From contig JBAYJR010000003.1 of assembly GCA_041665005.1 (NCBI GenBank), positions 17,102 to 81,101 of the forward strand: 64,000 nt of DNA, in the 5' to 3' direction. The position numbers were made by a program, and so were the translations under genes. How positions within the stretch are numbered: the first letter of the stretch is position 1; each line of letters opens with the position of its first letter. Origin of the DNA: Candidatus Buchananbacteria bacterium. Lineage in GTDB: Bacteria; Patescibacteriota; Patescibacteriia; 2-01-FULL-39-33; JBAYJR01. The notes below the pieces were generated by a model, which was not told the origin of the DNA, did no database searches, and saw only the letters and a program-made list of their open reading frames with translations. Positions 49,156 to 58,737 of the stretch are shown piece by piece.

Positions 49156-50043
49156 ATGTCTCGTTTAATTGGTGTTTTATTAACCTTAGGTGGTTTGTTA
49201 TTATTTAGTCAAAGTGCTTTGGCTTATTATTCTTTGGGTCCGCCGACTGGTTTTGTGACTGATAAAATTGGTTGGCTGAGTGTGTCGGAAAAAAATAAAT
49301 TAGAACAAGATTTAACTAACTACGAAAAACAAACCAGCAACGAAATTGTGGTGGTGACTGTTGATAATTTACAAGGCGATACTATAGAAAATTTTGCAGT
49401 CAAGTTGTTTGCCGAATGGCAAATTGGTAAAAAAGATAAAGATAATGGTATTTTATTGTTGATAGCTAAACAAGAACGACAAATGCGGATTGAAGTTGGT
49501 TATGGCTTAGAGGGGGATTTAACCGATGCTCAGAGCTTTCAGATTATTGATAAAATAGTTAAGCCATTATTTCAGCAAGAAAAATATGGTGAAGGAGTGA
49601 TAGCGGGAGTTAATTCAATTAAACAGGCTTTAAGTGGCAATTTAGAGGTGCCGGCCACTACTACCAATAGTAATACTCAAACTAAGTTTGATTTTGGGGA
49701 ATTTTTCTTTTTGTTAGTGTTTGTTTTACCGGGTTGGTTGCTCAGTATTTTAGCGAGAAGCAAGTCTTGGTGGTTGGGTGGAGTAATCGGTGCGGTAATC
49801 GGTGTAGTGATTTGGTTTTTTTCTACTTGGTTGGTTGGTCTGGGGACTATTTTATTGTTAGGTGGTTTGGGTTTATGGTTAGATTATGCCGTGTCTAAAA
49901 ATTACCATGAGCGTAAAGCTAAGGGTTTAAATCCGGCCTGGTGGGCCGGTGGAGGCGGTTTTGGTGGTCACGGCGGCGGCGGCGGTTTTGGTGGTTTTGG
50001 CGGAGGTTCTTCTGGCGGTGGTGGTGCGAGTGGTGGTTGGTAA
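49156..50043 (+). CDS. TPM-domain (YgcG-like) protein with a Gly-rich C-terminus
   Basis: TPM phosphatase-like domain after the signal peptide, TM, 'GGGGFGGHGGGGGFGG' tail. Typical lemA partner. Confidence 0.8.
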   Translation: MSRLIGVLLTLGGLLLFSQSALAYYSLGPPTGFVTDKIGWLSVSEKNKLEQDLTNYEKQTSNEIVVVTVDNLQGDTIENFAVKLFAEWQIGKKDKDNGILLLIAKQERQMRIEVGYGLEGDLTDAQSFQIIDKIVKPLFQQEKYGEGVIAGVNSIKQALSGNLEVPATTTNSNTQTKFDFGEFFFLLVFVLPGWLLSILARSKSWWLGGVIGAVIGVVIWFFSTWLVGLGTILLLGGLGLWLDYAVSKNYHERKAKGLNPAWWAGGGGFGGHGGGGGFGGFGGGSSGGGGASGGW

Positions 50044-50064
50044 ACTATTATTTTATAAATATTT

Positions 50065-51333
50065 ATGATGTATAAAAAAACTGTTTTAAAAGATAACTTG
50101 CGGGTTATTTTGGTGCCCAGGAAGGATACCGCGGCGGTAACTTTGTTGGTGTTGTTTGGAGTGGGTTCACGTTATGAAAATAGAAGAATTTCCGGTGTCT
50201 CTCATTTTGTCGAACATTTGATGTTTAAGGGTACTAAAAAGCGGCCTAATACTTTAGCGATTTCTAAAGAATTGGATGGCATTGGCGCGGAGTATAATGC
50301 TTTTACCAGTAAAGATTATACCGGTTATTATATTAAGGCTGACGCTAGGCATTTGGCTTTAGCGGTGGAGGTGTTATCTGACATGTTGCTCAATTCAAAA
50401 TTTGACAGTGAAGAAATTGAACGGGAAAAAAGAGTGATTATTGAGGAGATAAATATGTATGAGGATAACCCCATGATGTATGTTGAGGATTTATTAGAGC
50501 AGACCATTTATGGTGATCAGCCGATGGGTTGGTCAATTGCCGGTTGGCGGAAAACAGTTTCGGCTTTAACTAGAGCCGAGATTATAAAATATTTTAAACA
50601 CCACTACCATCCCAAAAATGCGGTGGTCATTCTAGCCGGCCAAGTAGATCAAAAAGCGGTTAGTTTGTTGGCTAAAAAATTTAAATTAATCAAAGCCAAA
50701 AAAACTAAGTTCGCCGCGGTTAAGTTAAAACAAAAAATTCAACAAATAAAGGTACTGGCTAAAACCACGGAACAGTTGCAAGTGGCTTTGGGTTTTTCGG
50801 CTTATGCTTACAATAATCCCAAACTATATGCGTTAAATATTTTGGCAGTTATTTTGGGAGGCAATATGTCTTCACGTTTATTTTTGTCGGTTCGCGAACG
50901 TCAAGGTTTGTGTTATTTTATTCGGGCGTCTTTAAATATTTATCAGGATACTGGCAGTTTGGTAATTCAAGCGGGTTTAGACAAGAGTCGTATTAAGCAG
51001 GCTTTAACCTTAATTTTGTCAGAATTAGTTAAGATAAAAGCGGGAGTAACTCTGGAAGAATTAAAGCGCGCCAAGGAATTTTTGCGGGGTAAAGTAGCTT
51101 TAGATTTGGAAGATTCTTCAGCTTTGGCACAATTTTTTGGTAATCAGGAATTGTTACAAGGAAAAATAAAAACCCCGGCTGAAAAAATGGCCAAGCTGGA
51201 TTTAGTGACTTTAAAACAAGTAAAAGCAGTCGCGCAAGAGATATTAGTTAAAAATAAATTAAATTTAGCAGTAATTGGTCCAAATTTAAAAAAACAAGAG
51301 CTAGAGAAAATTATTTTACAAGCTAAAATTTAA
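50065..51333 (+). CDS. M16 family zinc peptidase (insulinase-like)
   Basis: 'HFVEHLMFKGT' inverted zincin HxxEH motif. Confidence 0.8.
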   Translation: MMYKKTVLKDNLRVILVPRKDTAAVTLLVLFGVGSRYENRRISGVSHFVEHLMFKGTKKRPNTLAISKELDGIGAEYNAFTSKDYTGYYIKADARHLALAVEVLSDMLLNSKFDSEEIEREKRVIIEEINMYEDNPMMYVEDLLEQTIYGDQPMGWSIAGWRKTVSALTRAEIIKYFKHHYHPKNAVVILAGQVDQKAVSLLAKKFKLIKAKKTKFAAVKLKQKIQQIKVLAKTTEQLQVALGFSAYAYNNPKLYALNILAVILGGNMSSRLFLSVRERQGLCYFIRASLNIYQDTGSLVIQAGLDKSRIKQALTLILSELVKIKAGVTLEELKRAKEFLRGKVALDLEDSSALAQFFGNQELLQGKIKTPAEKMAKLDLVTLKQVKAVAQEILVKNKLNLAVIGPNLKKQELEKIILQAKI

Positions 51334-51370
51334 GCAGTTAACTAAAATTTAAAAGGTCCGAAAGGACTTT

Positions 51371-51832
51371 TTAAATTAAACTTAGAGCGAGAATAAAAAA
51401 TGTTAGTTGAATGGTAATACCCCAGAATAAACTAACTTGATCGGAATATTTTTTACCTAAATTGTGAAAGTAGTTATTTAGTTTGGTAAAAGGTTGATAT
51501 TTAAAATCCAGTAAAGATTCTACGGCTACTAAAAAATCTGGGAGCAGGCTGGCAAAGATGGCCGCTAGAGCACTCCAGGGATGATGAAAAGATTTTTGTT
51601 GAGTAATTAAGCCTAACAGATTAGTAAAAACTAAAACATCAATTAGGGTTAGATAAATCAACTTAGCGGTTCTTTGTTTTTCGTCAGCCAGCCAACGATT
51701 TAGGTCTTTGTCTCCGTGAGGTATGAAATCTAATAAAAAATGAGAACCCAAACCAAAAATAAAAGCCAGCGCGGGGTTAGCGACGTACTGGCTGATAGCT
51801 AGGGCGGCGGTAGCATGGACAGTTAAAAGCAT
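51371..51832 (-). CDS. Hypothetical membrane protein
   Basis: ORF track. 4 hydrophobic helices. Confidence 0.4.
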   Translation of the reverse strand: MLLTVHATAALAISQYVANPALAFIFGLGSHFLLDFIPHGDKDLNRWLADEKQRTAKLIYLTLIDVLVFTNLLGLITQQKSFHHPWSALAAIFASLLPDFLVAVESLLDFKYQPFTKLNNYFHNLGKKYSDQVSLFWGITIQLTFFILALSLI

Positions 51833-51938
51833 GTAGCAAAAAATTAATAAAGTCTTGGCTGTATTATAAGGTTATTTTTTTTGGTTGACAAGGGGGAGTT
51901 TTCTTGTTAGAATAAGCAGGTCGTTAAAATTATTTAGC

Positions 51939-52022
51939 GCCGAAGTGGCGGAATTGGTATACGCGTGCGACTCAAAATCGCATTCCCTCCGGGGAGTGAG
52001 AGTTCGATTCTCTCCTTCGGCA
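51939..52022 (+). tRNA. tRNA-Leu (anticodon CAA), long variable arm
   Basis: Acceptor GCCGAAG/CTTCGGC, anticodon loop CTCAAAA, extended variable stem-loop, T-arm GAGAG-TTCGATT-CTCTC. Confidence 0.8.
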
Positions 52023-52043
52023 CTCGGTTTTTGATAATAACAT

Positions 52044-52116
52044 CGCGGGGTAGAGCAGTTGGCAGCTCGCCAGGCCCATAACCTGGAGGTCGTCGGTTCG
52101 AGTCCGACCCCCGCAA
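52044..52116 (+). tRNA. Initiator tRNA-fMet (anticodon CAT)
   Basis: C1:A72 mismatch, A11:U24 pair, anticodon loop CCCATAA, T-arm GTCGG-TTCGAGT-CCGAC. Confidence 0.7.
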
Positions 52117-52205
52117 CATTTTTTACTTTTTTTGCTTGGTTAGTCCTGTCCCGCCTAAACCGGCGGAATAAAGTAAGAGTGTAACATTTACCCTTCACCA
52201 AAATT

Positions 52206-52282
52206 TGGCTGGATAGCTCAGTTGGTAAGAGCGTGGCACTCATAACGCCAAGGTCGGTGGTTCAAATCCACCTCCAGCCACC
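52206..52282 (+). tRNA. tRNA with CAT anticodon: elongator Met or Ile2 (lysidine). Fully paired acceptor, encoded CCA.
   Basis: Acceptor GGCTGGA/TCCAGCC, anticodon loop CTCATAA, T-arm GGTGG-TTCAAAT-CCACC. Terminator hairpin CGCCC-TTGG-GGGCG follows. Confidence 0.75.
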
Positions 52283-52364
52283 AGTATTAAAAATTTGTTA
52301 ATTCGCCCTTGGGGGCGTTTTTTTGTTTCAAAAAACCTAAAAAAATAGTATAATATAAAGTATC

Positions 52365-53129
52365 ATGGCACAAATAATTTCTATTGTTAATCAAAAAGGC
52401 GGGGTGGGCAAAACTACCACGGCGGTTAATCTGGGCGCTTACTTGGCTTATTTAGGCAAGTTTGTTTTGTTGGTTGACTTAGATCCTCAAAGTAATGCCA
52501 CTTCTGGCTTAGGAATTGATCGACGCCAGTTAGCTAAAGGGGTGTATGAGGCGGTAATTGGCCAAGCCAGCTTTAAAGAGGTGATTTTATCTACTAAACA
52601 CCAAGGCTACAAATTAGCGCCTTCTACGGTCAATTTAGCCGGGGCTAATGTGGAATTGGTTAATCTGGAACGTCGCGAATTTCGTTTAGCCGACGCTTTG
52701 CTAGAAATCCGCAATGATTTTGATTATATTTTAATTGATTGCCCGCCTTCTTTGGGATTGTTAACGATTAACGGTTTAACGGCGGCAGATCAAGTTTTAA
52801 TTCCCATTCAAGCAGAATATTATGCCTTGGAAGGTTTAGGACAACTTTTAGATACCGTTAATTTGGTGCGTGATAATGTTAAGCCGGCGCTTAATATTTT
52901 AGGCGCCGTGGTGACCATGTTTGATTCACGGTTAAAACTCTCTAGCGAAGTTTTGGGAGAATTATATAAATATTTTAATAATCGAATTTTTCGTTCGGTG
53001 ATCCCGCGTTCGGTGCGTTTAACCGAGGCGCCAAGCCACGGCATGACGATTTTGCAGTATGACCCCACTTCGCGGGGCGCTAAGGCTTATGAACGTTTAG
53101 CTTATGAAGTTTTAGAAGTTTTAAAATAA
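52365..53129 (+). CDS. parA: Chromosome partitioning ATPase ParA/Soj
   Basis: 'IVNQKGGVGKTTTAVNLGA' deviant Walker A. Confidence 0.9.
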   Translation: MAQIISIVNQKGGVGKTTTAVNLGAYLAYLGKFVLLVDLDPQSNATSGLGIDRRQLAKGVYEAVIGQASFKEVILSTKHQGYKLAPSTVNLAGANVELVNLERREFRLADALLEIRNDFDYILIDCPPSLGLLTINGLTAADQVLIPIQAEYYALEGLGQLLDTVNLVRDNVKPALNILGAVVTMFDSRLKLSSEVLGELYKYFNNRIFRSVIPRSVRLTEAPSHGMTILQYDPTSRGAKAYERLAYEVLEVLK

Positions 53130-53138
53130 AATAAAATT

Positions 53139-54014
53139 ATGAACAAAAGTTTTGGTTTAGGCAAGGGTTTAGGGTCGTTGATTCCGGGACAATACAATAA
53201 AACCGAAAATTATACGGAGCCAATAATTTTGCCGGGAGAAAAGGTACAGTTAGTAGCGGTAGAAAAAATTAAACCTAATCCGCATCAACCGCGCAAGGAT
53301 TTTGCGGCGATAGAGTTAGCCAGTTTAACTGAATCAATCAAGGAACACGGAATTTTACAACCATTGATTGTTTCACCAGCTGCGGAGGGTGACTATCAAT
53401 TGATTGCCGGCGAGCGCCGCTTACGGGCCGCTAAATTAGCAGGCTTAAAAACAGTGCCAGTGATTGCCCGGCAGTTTAAAGAACAGCAGAAATTAGAATT
53501 AGCTTTGATTGAAAATTTACAACGGCAAGATTTAAATATTTTAGAAGAAGCCGATGCTTATCAAAAATTAATTGAGCAATTTAATTTATCACATGAGGAA
53601 GTGGCCAAAAAAGTAGGTAAGAGTCGCCCAGTAGTTTCTAATGCTTTACGGTTATTGAAATTGCCAGCTAAAATTAAACAAGATATTTTATCGGGTAAAG
53701 TGTTAGCCACACACGCGCGGATTATGGCGGGGTTGGCAGGCGAAGAGTTAGAAAAATTTTATCAGCAAGTAGTCAGCCAAAAATTAACGGTAGCGCAAGC
53801 CGAACAGGCGGTTAAGCAAGTAGCGGTTAAAAAACATTTTCGGTCCTTAGCGATTGATCCGGAATTATTAGCCAATCAGGAAGCCTTAAGGCAGGCACTG
53901 GGCACTAAAGTAGAAATTAAAAAGAAAGGCGGCACTGGGCAAATAATTTTGCAGTTTTATTCAGAAGAAGAATATCAAAAACTGCTTAATGAGTTGAAAC
54001 GATTTATTGTTTAG
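53139..54014 (+). CDS. parB: Chromosome partitioning protein ParB/Spo0J
   Basis: 'GERRLRAAKLAGLKTVP' ParB box and HTH. Confidence 0.9.
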   Translation: MNKSFGLGKGLGSLIPGQYNKTENYTEPIILPGEKVQLVAVEKIKPNPHQPRKDFAAIELASLTESIKEHGILQPLIVSPAAEGDYQLIAGERRLRAAKLAGLKTVPVIARQFKEQQKLELALIENLQRQDLNILEEADAYQKLIEQFNLSHEEVAKKVGKSRPVVSNALRLLKLPAKIKQDILSGKVLATHARIMAGLAGEELEKFYQQVVSQKLTVAQAEQAVKQVAVKKHFRSLAIDPELLANQEALRQALGTKVEIKKKGGTGQIILQFYSEEEYQKLLNELKRFIV

Positions 54015-54261
54015 TATGTTTAAAAAGATGACTGAGTTTAGTGAATGGTTGGGGATAATTGCAATTATTTTGGCCTATTTCTTGCTAAGTTTTAATTTAA
54101 TTTTAGCTCATAGTTTATTATATTTAGGGCTGAATTTAGTTGGCTCGGCAGTTATTGTTATTTCCTCTTTTAGTAAAAAAGATTACCAGCCCGGGGTCTT
54201 AAATATTTTTTGGTTGTTGATCACAATTATCACTTTATTTAATTGGTGGTTAAAAACTTAG
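54007..54261 (+). CDS. Hypothetical small membrane protein
   Basis: ORF track. Two TM helices. Confidence 0.35.
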   Translation: MFSMFKKMTEFSEWLGIIAIILAYFLLSFNLILAHSLLYLGLNLVGSAVIVISSFSKKDYQPGVLNIFWLLITIITLFNWWLKT

Positions 54262-54302
54262 ATAAGTAAAACCTCTCTAATACTTAGAGAGGTTTTTAGT
54301 TT

Positions 54303-54608
54303 TTAGGTTAGCACTATTAGGGCTAGGGTTATCAGAAAGCTCAAAGCCCAAAAAATTGATAGTTTTAATTCTTTAGAGTATTCCTGATAATATTTTTCTC
54401 TAATAGTTTTGTCTGAAGTGGTCTGAAAAATTTTTGCCGCTTCTTGGGCACAGGCGTAATTCAAAGCTCCAATCGCAACCATTAAAATTAGGATTGCGAT
54501 TGCCGTTGTCGGCCAGACCAAGCTAACCAAGATGACAATCAATAAAACAACAAAAGCGATTCTTTTGGCGCGAATAAAGTCTTGGTGGTTAGTAATAAGA
54601 TCATCCAT
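54303..54608 (-). CDS. Hypothetical small membrane protein
   Basis: ORF track. Two TM helices. Confidence 0.35.
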   Translation of the reverse strand: MDDLITNHQDFIRAKRIAFVVLLIVILVSLVWPTTAIAILILMVAIGALNYACAQEAAKIFQTTSDKTIREKYYQEYSKELKLSIFWALSFLITLALIVLT

Positions 54609-54662
54609 CAGTCCTACCTCCTTTTTAAAATATTTTAAGCTAATAAAACAGTAAAGTCAAAC

Positions 54663-56171
54663 TTACTTTTTTTTGCGACCAGGCATTAAACCTTTGGCGG
54701 TTTCCCAGGCCTCGTTAAAATAATCCTGAATTTTGGCAGAACTTTTTATTTTGGAGCGGGCGGCGGAAGTTTTGGCAAATTTTAACCAATCTGGATTAGG
54801 GGTTTTGCGATGTTTATCAATAATTATTTCAATCATATCGCCACTTTTTAAAACAGTATCTAGGCCAACCAGTTGTTCATTTATTTTAGCGCCGACGCAG
54901 TGCATACCAATATCGGTGTGGATATGAAAAGCAAAATCAATGGGCGTAGCGCCTTCGGGCAAATCAATCACGTCGCCATTGGGGGTAAAAACAAAAATAC
55001 GGGTGGGAAAAACTTCTAGTTTAATGGCTTCTAAATATTTTTCGGAATCTTTAATTTCTTTTTGCCATTTTAAAACCTCGTTTACCCAAGATAATTGTTT
55101 GGATAAACGGGAACCTTCTTGTGGTTTGCCTTTTTCTACATATTGCCAGTGAGCCGTAATACCATATTCGGCTTCTTCGTGCATTTCTTGGGTACGAATT
55201 TGAATTTCCACAATATGTTCGCGTTCAGCCCAAACGGTGGTGTGGATGGATTGATAGCCGTTGGGTTTAGGTTGCGCGATATAATCTTTAATGCGGCCCG
55301 GTAGAGGTTTCCATAAGCTATGTACAATACCCAAAGTAGCATAACAATCAGCAATATCTTTTACAATAATCCGCAAAGCCACAATGTCATAAATTTTGCT
55401 AATATCGCGGTTATATTCTGGGCGCAATAATTTTTGGCACAGGCTGTACAAATGCTTGGCGCGGCCATGAACGGAAACTGGTTGAATGTTATTTTTGGTT
55501 AGTTCTTTGTCTAAAATTTTTTTGACATCTTCTAAATATATTTCTTGTTCTTGTTTTTTGGTGGGTAAAATTTTAGTAAGCCATTTGTAATCATCAGGAT
55601 AAACAAAAGGAAAGGCTAAATCTTCTAGGTCACCCTTAAGTTGGCCCATGCCTAAACGATTAGCGATTGGGGCGTAAATTTCTAAGGTTTCTTTGGCAAT
55701 TCGAAGTTGTTTGTTGTGGGGTAAGGCGTTAAGAGTTTGTAAATTGTTTAAACGATCAGCTAGCTTAATAAAAATTACTCGGACGTCTTGCGAAATGGCC
55801 AAAAACATGCGGCGCAAATTTTCGGCGTAACGTTCAATGCCACGATATTTCAAAGTCCCTAACTTGGTAATGCCACCAACCAAATTTGCCACTTCATCGC
55901 CAAAATTATTTTTTATTTCTTTCAAAGTAATCTTGGTTTCTTCGGGCACATCATGCAGTAAAGCGGCAATAATAGTATTATTATCAACTTTTAGGTTGGC
56001 TAAATAAATGGCCGCGCCCAAAGGGTGGTTAATATAGGGTTCGCCGGATTTGCGTAATTGACCTTCGTGGGCTTTGGCCGCAAATTCAAAAGCTAGCTGA
56101 ATCATAGTAGTGTCAGCTTGTGGGTCATTAACTTTGATGATTTTAATTAGTTCTTGAAAATCTGGCTTCAT
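54663..56171 (-). CDS. RelA/SpoT-homolog (p)ppGpp synthetase/hydrolase (HD + synthetase + TGS, no ACT domain)
   Basis: HD 'LLHDVPEE', synthetase 'RAKHLYS...DIVALRII', TGS 'IFVFTPNGDVIDLPEGATPIDFAF'. 502 aa. Confidence 0.85.
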   Translation of the reverse strand: MKPDFQELIKIIKVNDPQADTTMIQLAFEFAAKAHEGQLRKSGEPYINHPLGAAIYLANLKVDNNTIIAALLHDVPEETKITLKEIKNNFGDEVANLVGGITKLGTLKYRGIERYAENLRRMFLAISQDVRVIFIKLADRLNNLQTLNALPHNKQLRIAKETLEIYAPIANRLGMGQLKGDLEDLAFPFVYPDDYKWLTKILPTKKQEQEIYLEDVKKILDKELTKNNIQPVSVHGRAKHLYSLCQKLLRPEYNRDISKIYDIVALRIIVKDIADCYATLGIVHSLWKPLPGRIKDYIAQPKPNGYQSIHTTVWAEREHIVEIQIRTQEMHEEAEYGITAHWQYVEKGKPQEGSRLSKQLSWVNEVLKWQKEIKDSEKYLEAIKLEVFPTRIFVFTPNGDVIDLPEGATPIDFAFHIHTDIGMHCVGAKINEQLVGLDTVLKSGDMIEIIIDKHRKTPNPDWLKFAKTSAARSKIKSSAKIQDYFNEAWETAKGLMPGRKKK

Positions 56172-56309
56172 AAGGTTATTTTAGCCATTCTAAAGTAAAA
56201 AGACAAATAGCTTGAATGGGTAGTGGACGAAGAGCAGTAAACATTGGGTCAGTTTGACTAATTTTTAGGATAGGTTTAATATGGTAGCAAATAAAGGAGG
56301 TTATGTTTT

Positions 56310-56489
56310 ATGTTAAAGAAAAGCAAAGGAAAAAAACAAGGCAAGCCAGCGGAACGCACATTAGAGCGGAGAGTAAAAAGATTTTTAAAGACGCCGGAAA
56401 TGGACGATCCGGCTACGGCGCAAAGGAGAAAAGGCGGTTTGTTTCCCCGACTTACGGATGAGGAACAAAGGCTTTTTAGAAAAATTTAA
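56310..56489 (+). CDS. Hypothetical small basic protein (59 aa, below the ORF-track cutoff)
   Basis: ATG preceded by AAAGGAGG. Palindromic terminator CCGACTAATAAATATTGGTCGG downstream. Confidence 0.3.
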   Translation: MLKKSKGKKQGKPAERTLERRVKRFLKTPEMDDPATAQRRKGGLFPRLTDEEQRLFRKI

Positions 56490-56771
56490 AGAGGTTATCA
56501 AAACCGACTAATAAATATTGGTCGGTTTTTTTATTTCGCTTGACCTTGCTATGTCCATCAGTAGATTGGTTCAGGATTTGCCCCTTTGTCACCCAGACCC
56601 TGGGTGCTTCTGACAGTGTTAAATAATAATTAAAATACCCAACAAAATTTAAAATTAGTCATTGGATTGAGCATAATCAACCAAGGTTTTGATTGTTTGT
56701 AAAAAAAGAGGTTTTTTGTTAAGATAGACACAGCTTAGCTGTTAAAAATCAGTTAAGTTTCAAATAATTTT

Positions 56772-57824
56772 ATGCCCCAACTTTGCCCCGAACTCACTAC
56801 TAAACTAGCCTCCCTCAAACAACTTAAACAACAGTTTGATTTGGAATTATCTAGTCTACCGCAAACAGGCAAGACAGAGGATTTAACTTTGATTAGAGAA
56901 GCTAAAAATAAAGTAGAACAAACCCTTCAAGAGCTTCAAAACAAACTCTGGCTTAACACCCTCGAACTAACCCGAGAAAACCTTAAAGCCCAATATGAAT
57001 TTCAGAAAGATGTTCTTATTAAGTCCGGCCTCCTAAAAACCCTCTCCACTGGCGAATTAGGCATTGAAGCAATTGATAAACAAGAATACCCTCTACCCAC
57101 TCTAGAACAGATTGAAAAAATAATGCTAGAGAAACGTAAACTCTTAGAAACCAAAATCCCACAAGGCTTTGTTAAGTTAATTATTGTTCCCTTTGGCTTA
57201 CCGATAGGTTCTCTAATGGAGGCTTATGATAATGCCTTGATGGAGTGTTATCAACAAGCTAAATTATTAGACGCCCAAAATCAACCCTTAAAACTTTATG
57301 GAGAACCCACTTTTGATTATGCTGGATACGTAAAAGCCGAAGCCACAGGGGATTTGGTATATTTCCCCAAAAAATACTCCTACGCTAATCACCAAGGTAA
57401 AACTAAAAAACAACTCCTAGCCACCCAAGCCTGGCAAGTCTTGCTACTTGAAGACTTGCCTTGTCTTCCAGATGAAGGTAAGGGTAAAACCATAGCTGGC
57501 CGTGAGCAACCAGGGGTTTACCAAAAACCCAGTGAGTATCTTAAACAACTCCAAACTGACCCTCAGTATAAAGGTGAACAAGGTTTAACTCTGGAATCCT
57601 GGCTAGTTTACGGCTTAAGCCACTTAGACCAAACTAATCAAGTGATTGACGAGTATCAAAATTCAGGTAAATTTTGTCTTTTGGTGAGTAGTTATTTTAA
57701 ACAACCTGGCAATGTGTCGGGTGCTGATTTTTACCACAACCTTGCGCGGTTTTATTCGGTTCGGAGTGATCCGGATGATCCCTTTTCTTATGGTGTCGCC
57801 CGTTTTGCGGTGAGTATTTTATAA
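56772..57824 (+). CDS. Member A of a paralogous family: conserved ~60-aa N-terminal domain 'M..C..L..KL..LK.LKQ.FD.E' and a variable C-terminal region
   Basis: N-terminus aligns to ORFs 57836 and 63646. About 200 bp upstream is near-identical to the region upstream of 63646. Confidence 0.55.
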   Translation: MPQLCPELTTKLASLKQLKQQFDLELSSLPQTGKTEDLTLIREAKNKVEQTLQELQNKLWLNTLELTRENLKAQYEFQKDVLIKSGLLKTLSTGELGIEAIDKQEYPLPTLEQIEKIMLEKRKLLETKIPQGFVKLIIVPFGLPIGSLMEAYDNALMECYQQAKLLDAQNQPLKLYGEPTFDYAGYVKAEATGDLVYFPKKYSYANHQGKTKKQLLATQAWQVLLLEDLPCLPDEGKGKTIAGREQPGVYQKPSEYLKQLQTDPQYKGEQGLTLESWLVYGLSHLDQTNQVIDEYQNSGKFCLLVSSYFKQPGNVSGADFYHNLARFYSVRSDPDDPFSYGVARFAVSIL

Positions 57825-57835
57825 ATTTTAATTTT

Positions 57836-58594
57836 ATGTCTAAATATTGTTCCAAGCTTTCTGCTAAATTAGAAACTCTTAAAGCGCTTAAACAAGAGTT
57901 TGATCAGGAAATAGTTAAAGCACAAAGTCTAAGCCCCAATAAACCAGAGGATTTAGTTTTGGTTAGGGACATTAAAGCTAAACTAAATCAAGAGCTTAAA
58001 CAGTCTCAAGAGGTGATTGAAGTTTTTTATAAAATAGTTGATTGGCAAGATTTTTATCAAGAAGTTTTTGAACTTAAATATGATTTTTTTGATTTAATCA
58101 TTCCCAAAAAAGAGGAAGGTTTTGATCGGTTAATAATTATGGCCCCGGGTTTAACTAATCAACAACTTTGGGATAAAACTTCGGAAATTTGTAAAAGACT
58201 GGCGGGAACTCTTTTGATAAATTTTAATTTGTTTACTTCTGAGCGGACGACAAAAACGGCTTATGCTTTTTGGGTGCGCGATGATCAAGAGGCTTGTGCA
58301 GATGAATCAGCGGAATTTTTATCCGTTAAACAAGTTAAAGAGCGAGAACCAGTGGCCGAGACACTAGAGGAGCGTTTGTTACACGATTTGAAATATCTTA
58401 AGGAAACAGGTCGTCGTTTAGATTATCAAAGCCAAACTTTATGTAGTGGTTCAGTTGATAAATTTGGTCGGATGCCCTGTATTGATTGTAATAATTATAC
58501 TGAGACTCTGGTTAATTTGCTTGGTCTTGATACCGACTTATCTAAGATTGGCACGGATTATAAAAGATTACGTGCCCGTAAGGTAATTTTGTAA
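57836..58594 (+). CDS. Member B of the same family (tandem to A). Shares the N-terminal domain and a 'GF.RLII..PGL' core.
   Basis: Alignment by eye to A and C. Confidence 0.55.
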   Translation: MSKYCSKLSAKLETLKALKQEFDQEIVKAQSLSPNKPEDLVLVRDIKAKLNQELKQSQEVIEVFYKIVDWQDFYQEVFELKYDFFDLIIPKKEEGFDRLIIMAPGLTNQQLWDKTSEICKRLAGTLLINFNLFTSERTTKTAYAFWVRDDQEACADESAEFLSVKQVKEREPVAETLEERLLHDLKYLKETGRRLDYQSQTLCSGSVDKFGRMPCIDCNNYTETLVNLLGLDTDLSKIGTDYKRLRARKVIL

Positions 58595-58737
58595 ATTTTT
58601 TATTTTTTTTAATCCTTGATGCTCAATTGTTATTCAGTCCGCCCCGCGTAGCGGAGACTCGGGGTGCTTCTGCTGGAATTTTTAAAAAAACAAAAACCGA
58701 CTAATATTTATTAGTCGGTTTTTATAATTGATAATTT

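Noticed and set aside
51872-52243. Two minus-strand ORFs (51872-52243, 51934-52119)
   Set aside because: They overlap three clearly folded tRNA genes on the + strand, so the ORFs are spurious.
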